Below, one piece after another: positions 28,215-43,194 of a stretch of 64,000 bases of DNA; the first letter of the stretch is position 1, and every line of letters starts with the position of its first letter. Under the pieces are notes generated by a model. That model saw nothing but the letters and a program-made list of their open reading frames with translations, was not told the origin of the DNA and ran no database searches. A program made the translations under genes and the position numbers. Source of the DNA: the human T2T-CHM13v2.0 reference genome, Homo sapiens; the NCBI RefSeq assembly GCF_009914755.1, contig NC_060936.1. One strand, given 5' to 3'.

Positions 28215-31000
28215 TAGGACTGAGATGTAATTTACATATAAGAAATATGTATCTAAGTGTACCATTCAATCAGTATTGATAAATGGGCATCAAGATACAG
28301 AACATTTCCACCATCACTCCTCTTTCCTCTATTCAGGTAACACCTCCCAATAAGTAGCCAATGATGCCATTTCTATTGCTATAGATTAGCTTTGGTCTAT
28401 GGTAGAATTTCATATAAATGAGACCATATAATATGGACTTTTTTTTCTTGACTTCTTTCCCTTGCAGATTTTTTTGGGGATTTACTCATTCTGTTGTAGC
28501 AATAGTTTGCTCCCTTTTATGGGTGAGCAGTATTTCATGTATGAATATACAATGTTAGAGACATCTGGGTTGTTTTCAGTTTGGGGCTATGATAAATAAA
28601 GCTACTATAAACATTCTGATAGCTTCAACTTCTTTTCAAAATATGAAATTGTCAGTCTTTTAAGTTATAGTCAGTTTATGACTATAGAATGGTATACCAT
28701 TGTCATGTTCATGTGAACTCCCCTAATGATGGATTTTTAGCTTTTTCTTATGTGTTTATTGACCTTTTGTCATATTTTTTGTATGCTCTAGTCTTTTGCC
28801 CATTTTTTTAAATTGGAATTTTATCTTTTTTATTGTGGAGTTACATGAGTTCTTCACCTATTATGTTTACGAATCCTTCATCAGATACATGTGTTGCCCA
28901 AATTTTCTCAAAATCTATGACTTGTCTATTTATTTGATGACATATTTTAAAGAGCTAAAGCTTTAAATTTTAATAAAGTCTTTTTTCTCTTAGATTCAGC
29001 TACTTTTTTTCTAAGAAATATTTGCCCAGTACAAGTTTGCAAAGATATTTTTCTAAGATTTTGTTCATTAGCTCTATTTTTTAGTATTTACATTTTAGTT
29101 ATATGATCTAATTTAAATTAATTTTTTGTGTATGGTGTGAGATGGGGATAGGCTTTTTTTAATCCTGTATTCCAACATGTTTGTTGAAGAGCTTCTCCTT
29201 TCTCCATTAGGTTGCTTTGGTGCTCTTGTTGAAAATCATTTAATTGTATATTTGGTCCTTTTTCTATACTCTCCATTTTGTCTAATTAATCTATTTGTTC
29301 TTTGCCAATATTACACTGATTTGGATTTAGTAGCTTTATGGTGAATCTTGAAGTCAGGTAGAGTAAATCATCCTTCTATTTGTTTTCTTTTTTTTTTTTT
29401 TAAGATTGTCTTGATTATTCTTGGTCTTTTGCCTTTCCAATATTTTCAAATAAATGTTTCATTGAAATAGCTTTAGATTTATAGAAAATTGCAAAGATCG
29501 TAAAGAAACTTTCCATATATCCCACACCCAGCTTTTCCTATTGGTAGTAGCTTACATTAGCATGGTACATCTGTCATAACTAATAACCAATATTGACACA
29601 CTGTTATCAAAGTTCATACTTTATTCAGATTGTCTTAGTTTTTCCCTGATGTCATTTTTCTGTTCCAGATACCATTCAGGATACCACACTACATTAGTTG
29701 TCATGTCTTCTTAGGCTTCTCTAGACTGTGGTAATTCCTTAGTCTTTGCTTGTTTTTGATGACCTTGACAGTGCTGAGGGGTGCAGGTCAGGTATTATGT
29801 AGAATGTCCCTCACTTGGAAATTTTATGACATTTTGCTTTTTGCTAAGCTGGATTTATGGGATTTGGGAGATAAATACCAAAGAGGTAAAGTCTCATTTT
29901 TGTTATATCACACAAAGGGTACGTGGAATCAACGGCACTCATCACTGCTGATGTTCACCTTGATGATCTGGCTGGGATAGTATTTGTCAGGTTTCTCCAT
30001 GATAAAGTGGTAAAGGTACTCTTCCCTTTTTCTTTCCCTATCATGAAGGAAATCACTACATACAGCCCACACTTAAGAGACTGAAAGGTGGTGGATGCTC
30101 CTTGAGCAGGAAGTATCTGCTTAAACTATTTAGAATTCTTCTTCACTGGAGATTTGTCTATTCTCTCCTATTCATTTACTTATGTAAGTATGTATTTCTG
30201 TATATATTCAGTCATTACTATTATTATTATATATATTTTGAGACAGAGTGTCACTCTGTCATCCAGGCTGGAGTGCAGTGACCCGATCTCGGCTCACTGC
30301 GACCTCTACCTCCTGGGCTCAAGTGATTCTCCTGCTTCAGCCTCCTGAGTAGCTGGGATTACAGGTGTGCACCACCACATCCAACTAATTTTTTGTATAT
30401 TTAGCAGAGACAGGGTTTCGCCATGTTGGCCAGGCTGGTCTTGAACTCCTGATCTCAAGTGATCTGCCTGCCTCAGCCTCCCAAAGTTCTAGGATTACAG
30501 GTGTGAGCCACCACATCCAGCCCAGTCATTATCTATATAAATTATTTGGAATTCTTCTATATGGGATATTTGTCTCTTATTCATTTATTTTTTTATTCAA
30601 TTACTTGTCCATATCATTATGGAGCCAAATATATTTATTTTATACTTCAGGTTATAGTCCGATACTATGCTATCTATTTGGTTGTTCAACTTTTAGTATT
30701 GGCAATTAGGAGCCCTTTTAGTTTGCTTCCTGTATCCCTTTCACATATTCCAATCATTGTTTTGAGCATTTTCTTTCTTTTTGGCACTATAAGATCCTCT
30801 AGGTTGATACTGCATATTCCCTACCTCAGTCCTGAAATTAGCCATTTCCCTAAGAAGTTCTTATTTCTTTTTGCAAAGAATGGCATCAGAAACTGAGATC
30901 TGGGCACCAGTGTGCCCACTGATATAGGGTCTTATTTTTTCTAGGCCCTTTCGGCGGATAGTACAAACAAATATATGTGTGTATACTATCTCTCTCTATC
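28215..31000 (-). mobile_element. Ancient L1M fragments (L1ME/MD then L1MC-like 3' end)
   Basis: T-rich antisense L1 motifs (TTTCAGTTTGGGGCTATGATAAATAAAGCT; GATGACCTTGACAG); boundaries approximate. Confidence 0.75.
30219..30522 (-). mobile_element. Alu (AluS/J)
   Basis: Antisense dimer; TSD CAGTCATTA. Confidence 0.95.
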
Positions 31001-32319
31001 TCACTGTCTGTGTGGGTGGGGGGGGGGGCGGCGGGGGGCCATAGCTTTCTTCTCCACCCTGTGTTGCCCCTCTTTCTTTGCATCTGGTACACTTGGGACT
31101 ATCTATTCTTTATATTACTAGTTTTCAACAAAAGAACAAAACAAATCCATGGCTTGACAATGTTCAGATTTTCAGAAACAGAAATGAGAAACATTTGGTT
31201 CATGTCTTAATTTCAAGACATTCTATTATTTTAGTCATCAACCTTGATCACACTGTATCTTTTGCTTAAAAGCTGAGTAAGCTTTTCCAAGTGTTTGTTT
31301 CTCATCATAAGAAAGTGAAATGCAAAGTATAAAAACAAAAACTGTGATATTGACAGAACTATCAGAAACATAACACTCTACCAATCAGTAATTGAAATAC
31401 ATTAGTTATTCATTGGGTACAAAGTGCTCATGTAGCTCCAAAGGCAAGACAAGCATTAACCATTCTGTTCATCTGATTACAGCAGGAGATTTGTGTGTGC
31501 AGTGTGTACGTACTTCTCATGTGCATGTATGTTTGATATAGTAATTGCTTCTATTCCTTAAAAATCCATAAGTACATAAGTATATTCTCTTTCAACACTT
31601 CACCAATGCATTTGGAGGTTAAATCTTTAAGAAGAAATCTCCAATGTCAGTTCCCTCGTGCAAACTGCTTCTTAGGATGACTTCAAGATTGACCTTTTTT
31701 TACCTTATGTATGAATAATGATTACCATGGTTTGCATAGGTGTAAAAATACTAAAACTTTTTCAAGTCAACTCACATGAAACATGTCTTCTTAACTGGTT
31801 ATGAAGTTTATCTATCTAAAGGTTAGAAATTATTTTGATATTCATATTTTGGTTTTCAACCTGTTTATTAACAGATGTCTCTTTATAGTAGGTACTTTAC
31901 ATAGATCAAATGGAGTATTTTAAAATAAGTCAAATTTTACTTTCAGAAACCGGAGAATGTTTATAAGAAAATAATTTTTTCAAGAAGCAAATAACTTGTA
32001 ATGAGGGTGGTATTTATCAATTTAATAGCTAAACCCTTTGGTGAAGAATGAAATGTTAATATAGAAATTCTTTCATCATGTAGACAATGATGGACTTTTC
32101 AACATAGCTTTAGAATGTTTTTCATTTTCTGTTTCATTATGATCTGCTTTTTCTTCTAAAATGCTATATTTAAAGGAATAAAATAAAATAAACAAGAGAA
32201 GGCAAGACTATATCGTTTTAACAAATTAATACAACAAAACAAAGGGAAGCATTGTAGAAAGTAGTTATAACTAAGAATTTTTCAGCACAAGATTTTGCCA
32301 TAAAATAAATCTTGAGAGA

Positions 32320-32640
32320 AATCCTAGCTCTATCACTTACTAGCTGTGACCTGAAGCAAATTCCTCAGTTGCTGGAAGGCTCAATTTCTTCATCTGTAAA
32401 TGGAATTCATCATAGTTAATATTGAATGCTTTACTCTGTGCTGGGCACCATTCTAATCATTTTTATGTGTTATCTTGCTGCTGTGTTCAACAAGCCTATG
32501 GATTTGGTTCTATTATTATTGCCATTTTACTCGTAAACACAGGCACATAGAGGTGAAAAAACTTGCAGAAGATCATGTTGATATAAGTTGGGGAGCAAGA
32601 TCAGAGCTCAAGCACTCTGGTTTGAATTTGTGATCTTCAC
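32320..32640. mobile_element. MIR fragments in both orientations
   Basis: CACTTACTAGCTGTGACC...TTTCTTCATCTGTAAA; TATTATTATTGCCATTTTAC. Confidence 0.65.
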
Positions 32641-34471
32641 CAGCATGTGACCTGACTACAATGGAGCTTTTACTAAGAATTGAAATGTCAAAATATATGT
32701 AAAATACTTAATACTATTCCTCCACTTAGTGAGCAACTATCAAAAAATAAAACAAAGACAGCTGAAATTAAAGGAGACCTAATCCAAGTTTATTAACTTG
32801 TCGGGGAAAGGTAAACATACCAGTGAAGCAATTTATTGACTAGTTTCAGTGAGGTGACAGAATCTGGGATATTTAAGTGCTAGAAAGCAGAGGAGGGTAT
32901 ATGTGTGTGTGTGTTCATGGTGTTATTCTAAATAAAGATTGAAAACTAGTGGTCTGATTAGGAGGGAAGAAGTTCATAGGTCTGAATGTGATTGGCTAAA
33001 ACCAGTCCCAGTGTTCATCAATCATGAGAAGTTTTGGATGAAGGCACTAAAGGCATCCTAAGTCACTCAAAGTTAATCTTTCTTGATCAGCTTCAGCTTG
33101 TTAGAACCATTTGGGATGCAACGGATATTTCAGTTTGCTATTTTCCACGCATGGGCTGTTGTGAGTTGAAAATTTCCTTTTATACATGGTAGCCATAATG
33201 ATGGTCAAAATAGTCATTATGATACTAATTATGACCATGATGTTTGCTATTGGAATGTAATTTCAAAATTATATTTGTGCCATCTTCTTTTATGTCTGTT
33301 GAACAAAATGGTCTCCCAAACTCTTAATGATTTACTTTTAATTTTCAAGCATGTATATGTTATGGATTTGGTCACATGCGTTCTGTAAGGAATAGTACTA
33401 GTCAGTGTTAAAAATACATGCCATATAATTTTCAGAGCTACAAACTGGAGTCCTCACCAAGTTACTTGGGATCACAACGTTTACCGTCTGGTGTAGAATG
33501 ATGTTCTTGGGAAGGAAATATTAATATAGCACTTTTATCCTTACAATATAAAGATGAGTCTACTATTATAATCTCTACAACCCCTCAGCGATCTCCATTT
33601 AAAAAAAAGAGAGAAAAAAACAAAAATAAAGACATGAAAGAAAAGGAGAGAGAAGAGAAATAAAGAAAAGGAGGGAAGAGAAAAAAGAAAAAGACCTGCA
33701 CATCAATGTCCAAACCTAGACATTAGTAGCATTAAGTACAAAACAAAACAACCACAAAGTAAATTTCCAGAATGTGACTTAAGAGCCCTACTTGTATTGT
33801 GCAAAAAAATTGAAAAGTTTGAGATTATTGTCACACAAGCCAGAGGTTGAGAATTCCATATAGTGACTGTTTAGCAGATAGAAGAACATGAGACCTGGGA
33901 TGTGATCCCAAGAGCCATTTATGACAGTAACCGATTTGCGTGCCAAGGGGAAGTATCTGTCTGTTGATAGTTTTCTGTTTTAACATGTGCCCCAGTGCAT
34001 CCAACTGAAAAGCAGGTTAGCCTACACCAAGAATTCTAAAACATTTTTCTGTCTGTAATTTTTACACTACTAAAAATTATTGAGAACCCAAAATGTGCTT
34101 ATTTTTGTGTATCATTATCTATCACTATTGACCAGAAAATTTAAAGAGGTTTTTAAATATTTAATTCATTAAAATAATAATATGACCATTACATGTTAAC
34201 ATAAATGTTTATATATTAAAAGTGTATGCTTTATGCTGTACAAAACAAAACAAAAATTTCAGTGAGCAAGTAGCATTTTTTTGCTAGTCTCTTTAATGTC
34301 TGGCTTAATAGATGACATCTAGATTCTCATATCTGTTTCTACATTCATTCTGTTGTGATTTGTTGTCTTAATTGAAATACATGAAAAAAAAATCCATCCT
34401 TTCACAGAGATGTAGTTAGAGAAGGGAGCAGTATTTTATTGCTCTTTAGATAATTGTAGATATTTTTCTTT

Positions 34472-35602
<1,131 letters not shown>

Positions 35603-35885
35603 TAGTTGCAATTTAATCTTAAACCTTATCAAATAAATTTTTAGTGTCCTGTTACATTAAAACATTAGATCTTTTTTAATGCATGATGTTGTTACATCAT
35701 GCATTAGTCATTTGTACATTATTCATTCACTGAGTTATGCAGCTCTTCCAAATGATGAGCCATTTCCCTATATGATATAAAAAATCATATTCATTAACAT
35801 TCAACCTATGTTATCAGAAAATACTTTAAGTACTAGGAAATTTATGGTGCAGGTACAGATTTTCCAAAATTCTGATTTTCAGTTA

Positions 35886-36475
35886 TGTATTATTCAGGGT
35901 TTTCCAGAGAGACAGAACCAGTAGAATGCCTGGTAGGGGATTTATTAGAGGGAATTTACTCACAGGGTCACAGAGACAAAGTCCCACCACAGGCCATCTG
36001 CTAGCTGAAGAACCAAAGCAGCTGGTAGCATGGCTCAAGCCAGTAGCATGGTTCAGTCCAGGTTCAGCAGCCTTAGAACCAAGAAAGTCAATGGTACAAC
36101 CCCCTAGTCAGGCCCAAGAGCCCCCAAGAGGCTGCTGGTGCAAGTCCCACAGTCCAAAAGCCGAAGAACCTGGAATCTGATGTCCAAAGAGAGAAGGAGA
36201 AAAAGCGTCTTCCTCCAGAAGGGAGAGACAGAGGAGAGAGAGACAAAGAGAACGCATGTGAATACCACTTTTTCTGTCCATTTGTCCCAGCTGGTCCCCC
36301 AGCCCTTTGGAGGTGCCTGCCCACACTGAGGGCAGGTCTTCCTCTCTCAGGTAGACTCACATGCCAATCTCCTTCCTCAAGATACTCCCTCCTAGACACA
36401 CCCAATCACAATGCTTCACCAGCCATGTAGGCATCCCTCAATCTAGTCAAGTTAATACCTAAATTAACCATCACA
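35886..36475 (-). mobile_element. MLT2B/C-like ERVL solo LTR
   Basis: TGTATTATTCAGGGTTTTCCAGAGAGACAGAACCA...AAATTAACCATCACA. Confidence 0.88.
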
Positions 36476-38462
36476 ACTTGAAAGTACAATTTCTGCCTTT
36501 GGCAGTAAATGCCATCAGTTATTTTCTTTGAAGTGATGGCACACTTCACTCATTTTCAAGAAAAAGTCTCCCAAATCCCCAAATCTAAACTAAATCTAAA
36601 AAATAGTTTGTCTTCCAGTCATTCTTTCAAGTAAAAAGAGTATTCCCTGAAGAAAGCAGCTAGTTTGCAATCCAAGCATTACACAGGTGCATTACAACCA
36701 TCTTGTTTCAGTATGCAGCATAAGTGGTTTATGTGTACATCTCACTTCACCACACAAAATATTAGACAGAAATTTACTAAAGGGTGAAGATTTAGTAAAA
36801 TCAATATTTTTATTGCTTCATCAGGGATTGCAAGTACCTGATAGTGAGGAAATACAATGAGTGCCAGTGCTTTGATTTGGGCAAAAGGCAGTTTTACCCA
36901 CCATTGCTTCTGTACACCACTGCAAATGTCAACATAGTGAAAAAGTCAAATAACATCTTAGTATTACAATAAAAATAGTTTTGACCCTGTGGACTCATTG
37001 AAAAGATCTTGGCAATCCCCAGCATTCCAAGGGACCACACTTTGAGAGCCACTGGCCTATTTCGAGAAAAGAAAGAACTCTTCAACCCTTAGCTGAAATT
37101 CACACAAGAGACTGAATTTTGCCAACACCAGTTCCCAATCCACACTAAGCAAAATCCAAGGACATCAGCAGCTAGGGACTCCACCCACTGCCATCCATAA
37201 ATTGAAAGAAATTTGCTTCCTTAGCATGTGATTTATTTGGAAAAGCTTTCAGTGCTAAGTTCTGAAATAAGCCCAGAAGCACTTCATTATAACGATCCAT
37301 TTTAATGTTGAGCTCAGGTCAAACATCAAAGCAATAAGGGTTCAGAAAATACATCAAGGTAATTTCTCTTTTACCACATATGCCGGAGTCTGACTTAGAA
37401 AGAATCTCAACATTTTCTGCTAGTGGCTAGGAAATATTAGTAATGATTTTAAAACAAAACAAACTAAAACCCTCTTTTTAGCCTCAATAAAGAATAATTT
37501 CCTGGAAATCTCTGTATTTCTATAAATACGCAATAATGAAATTAAGAACCCATCTTGGATAAATCAACTAACCTAAATAACGTTAAAGTCGGGAGAGCTC
37601 TGTAGGACAAAACCCTGTTCTCTAAAGGCACTCCCCCAATGAACACAGACCATAATTAAGGAGACTAGCAATACTAGACTAAAACAAACAGCTTTTAAAA
37701 GTTTTCCAACAGTCTTTACCATTTCTATCTCTCCGATTATAAAATGAGGAGACCTGGACACCTTTTCTAGTAAAATATTCCCAACCTCTTCCTGCAGTAC
37801 CTTAAAATGAACTAAATATGCTTGCATTCCAGTAACACTAAAGAATACTAAGCATTGGCAGAGGCCATCGCCATTTTATTATGTTATTATATATATATAA
37901 AATATGTATAGTAAATGATGTAAAGCTTTGATTGCATATGGAACTAAAGATCAGAAAAGGGTATGAAGACATTTGAACTGTATTCAGATGATAGGATCAT
38001 TGGTATAAACTGACATAAGCTTGTTTTAATAAGTGGTTTTACAATAATTACCATAGTTGGTTTAATATCAAATGTTGCTTGAAAGTTACTGTTCCCACAG
38101 GTCCTGCCATCATCACCTTCCTGACTCCAAAAAAAATCAAGTTTCAATGACATAGCCATCGTGAGGTCTATAACAAAAGACCAAAGTGTTTCTACCACCC
38201 AAGAAGAGGAATAATTCTATGACAATATGTGCTGTAACATATCATTAGACAAAGAAAACTCATATGAGAAAGAATTGAAGAAAGTATTGAGAAAAGAAGA
38301 GGAGCTCTTACAAAAGTTGGAAATAACCTTGAAAATAAAATATTAAATTACATCCACTTTCATGAAATGGAGTCTGAGTTAAGAAAAATAGCAAATAATT
38401 GGTGAACCACTCTTTTGACATCTATTATTCATGAGGTTAATTTTATCAAGATAATTAATATG

Positions 38463-38745
38463 ATGTGGTGTGAAGGTTATAAACCACCTGTAAATTATTC
38501 CATGCTCCTTTTATTGAAAGCGGGGATCTCTGCCTCCTTTCATGCAATCTCAGTGAGCTTGTGGCTGCTTAAGTGCAGTACAGCTGAGGTGAGGTTGCAC
38601 AACATCTGTGCAGCAGCCTCAGCCTTGTTCACTGAGAGAGTTTGCTCCTGGAGTCTTCAGCCACCACAAAAGAAGTTAGGCCATTCTACAATGCCATGCC
38701 AGAGAGACCACATGTAGGCATCGGCTTGACAGTTCAGCTGAGCCT
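38463..38745 (+). mobile_element. MLT1 (H/J-like) LTR, 5' part
   Basis: GCCATGCCAGAGAGACCACATGTAGG...GACAGTTCAGCTGAGCC. Confidence 0.55.
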
Positions 38746-38749
38746 TCAG

Positions 38750-39390
38750 TTCCTACGTATTAATTTATTGCCTCTCAACTCTAAATCTACCCCTTTACCC
38801 TGCTTTGTGATACTAGAGCTGGATCCTATAAACATTTCTTCTTTGCCAGCTGGCTCAATGCTACTAGAGGCTTTGTTAATAGAAGGCACTGAAAGGACAC
38901 TGTAACGCCACAGCAGGATAAAGGGACTTCCTTTCCAATTTGGGTGTGCTATTTATCACCGTGGCAGCCAGTAGAGTGGTGTGTGAAAGGCCTAGTTGTG
39001 CTTATCTCAATAGCTCTTGAAGATCAGCTTCAGGGAACTGGTACCCTCTTGCAAGTTTCTCCTCTACCCAGTAGGCCACTCCTAGGGGCCAGCCTGGCCC
39101 ATGCTCTCTGGAAATTTTCTTCACCACCGGAAGAATGTGTGCACTTAGGGCAGCCAAACCTCTCCAAGAAGGTCTGAATCGTGTTGAAGTGGGTGGTAAC
39201 GACAGCTTTTTTTTCTCAGTTCCTCCTTAATTCATCTTCCTTCAGCCCTAGAGGTAGTAGCTGCATTTTTTTGTTTGCTGCTTCCAGTTTGATAGTTAAT
39301 CATCAATTTACAAGTTATAATTTTTTATATTAAATATTTCTTGTTCAAATTACTGGTGTAGTTTCTGTTCCCAGATTGAATCCTGATATA
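38750..39390 (+). mobile_element. ERVL LTR (LTR33/LTR41 group), 5' LTR
   Basis: CTAAATCTACCC...GATACTAGAGCTGGATCC; followed directly by ERVL leader. Confidence 0.75.
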
Positions 39391-40951
39391 GAATTAGTAT
39401 TTGGAGTCATCTGAGGAGACAGACTTTCAAAAATGGGATTTGGAAATGGGTTCTGCACATAATTAGGTTTGAGGGCAGTACTGAGTTTCTTGCCAAAATG
39501 AAATTGGATGCTAATTATCTGTGACATAATGTGGTATTCCAATAAGTTATATTATCACCTGTGGTTGATTGTGATGAAGTGCTAACTAAAGCAAATGCCT
39601 TGGGAGCCCAAGTGACTGCGGAACGTGATTGTTAAAGAAGCAGTAATGACAACAAGGACTGTGGTGTGGACTTGGTTTTCTCAAGTGCATTGCTGCACTT
39701 TCAGAAAGGAAAGGACAAGCTCAAGGTCATAGTCAGAGAATCAGAGCATTTCCGTGGCAGTCATATATATCGTTTCTTGTAACCACAGAGCCACTATTGC
39801 TGAAAATCAAATACAAAATTTAACTGTGCAAGTGGCTGGATTACAATAACAGTTGAATTCATGGCCTTCACAAGATTTCCATGTAACCATTAGGGAACTG
39901 ATTGAGAAATAATGAGGCCCTGAAACTTGGAATTGGGAAATCTAGTAGGATTCAAAGGAAATTGAAAATCTCAAATCCACAACTCACTATGAGCACCTTT
40001 GACAGTGGCAGTAGATCACTTCTACCATGACTAGCCTTCCTTTGCTGGAACACCCTATGATAACTTCATCTGGAACAGATGCTTTCAAAGGGATGTTAAT
40101 TATCCTCAAGACCCACTGTAATTATCCCATATTGTCCTTATACCCACAACTTGAGTCAAATCTCAGCATGTTTCTGGGACTTAGATATACAGTATGACCC
40201 TGGAGAAAACAGCCAATATTATAAATAAAATAGTTGCAAGATTTTCTAACATATATATTGACTGAAACCTGGGAATGTGTATGGAAGTGGATTCTAGGAG
40301 AGTTAGACCAAAAAGAGTAAAATATAACACCGTGTCAAACTAAATTCATTTATATAAGTTCACTGACTAGAGATTCTAAATGTCATATTTTAAATTATGC
40401 TGCTGGAAGTGGCTCTAAGATCTTACTTAGTTGGTTAACTGAAACTTGAACTCAGCAGTGCCCCCATTTAATGAGGATGAGATGCCAGTATGTCTATGCA
40501 TGGTGTGGAGGAAGGAATCCAAAGGCTTAGGGAGACAGAAATATTGGTGTGTAACATGCATACCCATCTCCCAATCACATCTTCTGAGAAAGCTTAGAAG
40601 GCCCTCCCTTCACTAAGATGTTTATAAATAGTGAGGGAACACCTGTATCCTTTAAAAGCTCAGTGGTCGCTCCCATTCACAGACTAAATGTGACCAGAGG
40701 GGAGGCTACCCTGATTTCAATGGAATTAATAAAGTCCTGGAGTAATGGCAGCCAAGAGGCAGCATGTCACTGATAAAGACAAGGTGGGAATAGTTATCAC
40801 AAAGGTCAGCAGCAACATACAGGTAATCAGATTGCTTTTGGCCAATAGGGATCTCAAATTGTGGTTAGTTGATCACATGGTAATAAAATACACAGAAAAC
40901 CTACTAAAAAGTTGCTGGATCTATACCATGCATCAAAAAACTATGATCTAG
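39391..40951 (+). mobile_element. ERVL internal region, leader and decayed gag
   Basis: Peptides RDLKLWLVDH and KPTKKLLDLY resemble the HERVL gag C-terminal region. Confidence 0.8.
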
Positions 40952-41026
40952 TCTTTTTTTTTTCCAGGTTTTATTTTTCTGTCTTTTTTTGAGGGGCGGG
41001 GGGCGGACACAGGGGAGATCTGTGAA

Positions 41027-41321
41027 TTTTTTTTTTTTTTTGAGACGGAGTCTCACTCTGTCGCCCAGGTTGGAGTGCAGTGGCATCATCTTGGCTCACT
41101 GCAAGTTCCGCCTCCCCAGTTCACGCCATTCTCCTGCCACAGCCTCCCGAGTAGCGAAACTACAGGCGCCCACCACCACGCCCGGCTAATTTTTTGTATT
41201 TTTAGTAGAGATGGGGTTTCACCGTGTTAGCCAGGATGGTCTGGATCTCCTGACCTCATGATCCACCCACCTTGGCCTCCCAAAGTGCTGGGATTACAGG
41301 CGTGAGCCACCGCACCCTGCC
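41027..41321 (-). mobile_element. AluY-like
   Basis: TSD AGATCTGTGAATTTTTT starting at 41016 and 41322. Confidence 0.97.
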
Positions 41322-41484
41322 AGATCTGTGAATTTTTTATCAAAACTTTCCATCCCAACATACTTGTTTTATTTCTACATGGAAACATACTGTTCTGTAC
41401 TTTTTCATCAGCCTCCTTACTAGGAATTGAGAATTTTCTCCTTTTCTGTCTGCGTTCTCTTGCTCAGTTCTTTCTTTATGTGTC

Positions 41485-41670
41485 CAGTACAGTGCTAAGT
41501 ACTTTACATGATTTTTTAAATTTTATCTATGCAAAACCTTATCAGGTAAATATTACCCCCATTTTAGAGGAAACAAACTGAGGTTCTAAGAACTCAAGGG
41601 CCAAACATACAAGGTCACACAAGTGGAAGTCATCATTTGAAACTCAGCAGTTTCACTACAGGGCCTATAT
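41485..41670 (-). mobile_element. MIR
   Basis: CCCCATTTTAGAGGAAACAAACTGAGG...AAGGTCACACA. Confidence 0.7.
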
Positions 41671-41711
41671 TCTTCTTTTTATTGTGGCTTTATTAACATT
41701 TTATTGGAAGG

Positions 41712-42232
41712 TGTAAAGCAAAAAGAGTGTCTGAGACAGATCTTAATCAATTTAAAGGTTTATTTTCCCAAGATTGAGGACATCCCTAGGAAAAAGAGAC
41801 ACAAGCCACAGTTGCATCTGTGGTCCATGCTTTTTCCAAAGAGGATTTTGAGGGCTTCAATATTAAGAGGGAAAAAGTAAGCAGGGAAAGAAAGGAGAAA
41901 AGAAAAAAAAGAGGGAGCATATGGTCACATTCTTATGAAGCTTTGATTAATGCTCACTGAATCCACATGTTGCACGTGAAAAGGAAGGGGTAGAGGAACA
42001 GTCCATTATGAATTATGTATTTGTCTCATGCTCAGTAAACCTTCAGTTTACATAAGCTCAAGTAAACATAGAGTAGAGGAAGAAGTTAAATATGCATTCA
42101 TCTCAGAGTGGACTGTGGGATGATTTCTAGTCTCCTCTTGTCCCATACTTAAGAGAATAAGATGTTAATTTACATTATCAGGGTGAGGGAGACCACCTGG
42201 GGAAATATCTATTTATGAAGAAAAGGAAAGGC

Positions 42233-42275
<43 letters not shown>

Positions 42276-42329
42276 CTCAGTTTCCAAGCTTACTTTCCCT
42301 TTTGTCAGCTATTTTATTTTCCTTTCACA
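41712..42329 (-). mobile_element. MER4 (MER4D-like) LTR, 3' LTR
   Basis: TGTAAAGCAAAAAGAGTGTCTGAGACAG...ATTTTCCTTTCACA; polypurine tract adjacent on minus strand at 42330-42344. Confidence 0.85.
42237..42274. repeat. (TG)19 microsatellite
   Basis: Direct reading. Confidence 0.98.
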
Positions 42330-43110
42330 TTTCCCTTTCTTCTTAAAAATATTTTGGAGAAAGCATTGTAGAAAAAAATGAGTCTTTAATCACAGGTTTG
42401 GTCTGATCCCCAGTCATTGGGACAGTTTATTCCTAGATGGTTAGGTTCCACATTGTTGAAGGGGCTCATTGGTAGCAGATTGTAAAGTCTCATGTCCCAC
42501 AGAGAAAAATAGGGGGAGGAAGAGAGAATGAAAGTGAAGGAAAAAAGGAGAAAAGATCATAACGACAAAAGTGGAAAGCAATCTTGAAAAACTGATTTAG
42601 GCCATACTACTCTGAGGTCCATATATCGGTAGGCAGGTACAAAAGTGGTTTATATATATAAATAAGTTGCTATTATTTCTCCCAAAGTTTAAGTTGTCTA
42701 GCTTCAGTTCACAGGGCTTTAAGAAAAGCACAGTTTTAATTTCTAATGATTCCAAGTCAGAGAAAAAATGGGAGAAAAATGAAAGAAAAAGGAGAAAAAA
42801 AACATTAGTCTGGAGACTTGTAGCCAGGAAAGAATTCAGGATTCAGTCAAAATAAATTGTAGACAATAAAACTGAAAAGCAAAGGACAAGGATCTAACAG
42901 CAGGTGTTCTATAGTTTCTTTTGAAACATGTTTTTTCTCTCTAGTCCTCCATTTTTACCAATGACAAATCATAGTAGGACTAAATTATTTGCAAAATAAA
43001 TTTTTGTCTTATTTATACATAATCTCATTATTTGCATAATGTTTGGCAAGAATAATTGTTTTCTACATAGGCTTCATTTTTTAATATTGGCTTTGTTGGA
43101 GCTCATATAA

Positions 43111-43143
<33 letters not shown>

Positions 43144-43161
43144 AATGTGTGTATATATATA

Positions 43162-43194
<33 letters not shown>

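Noticed and set aside
32720-33190. Possible degenerate LTR
   Set aside because: Ends, TSD and family could not be established by eye.
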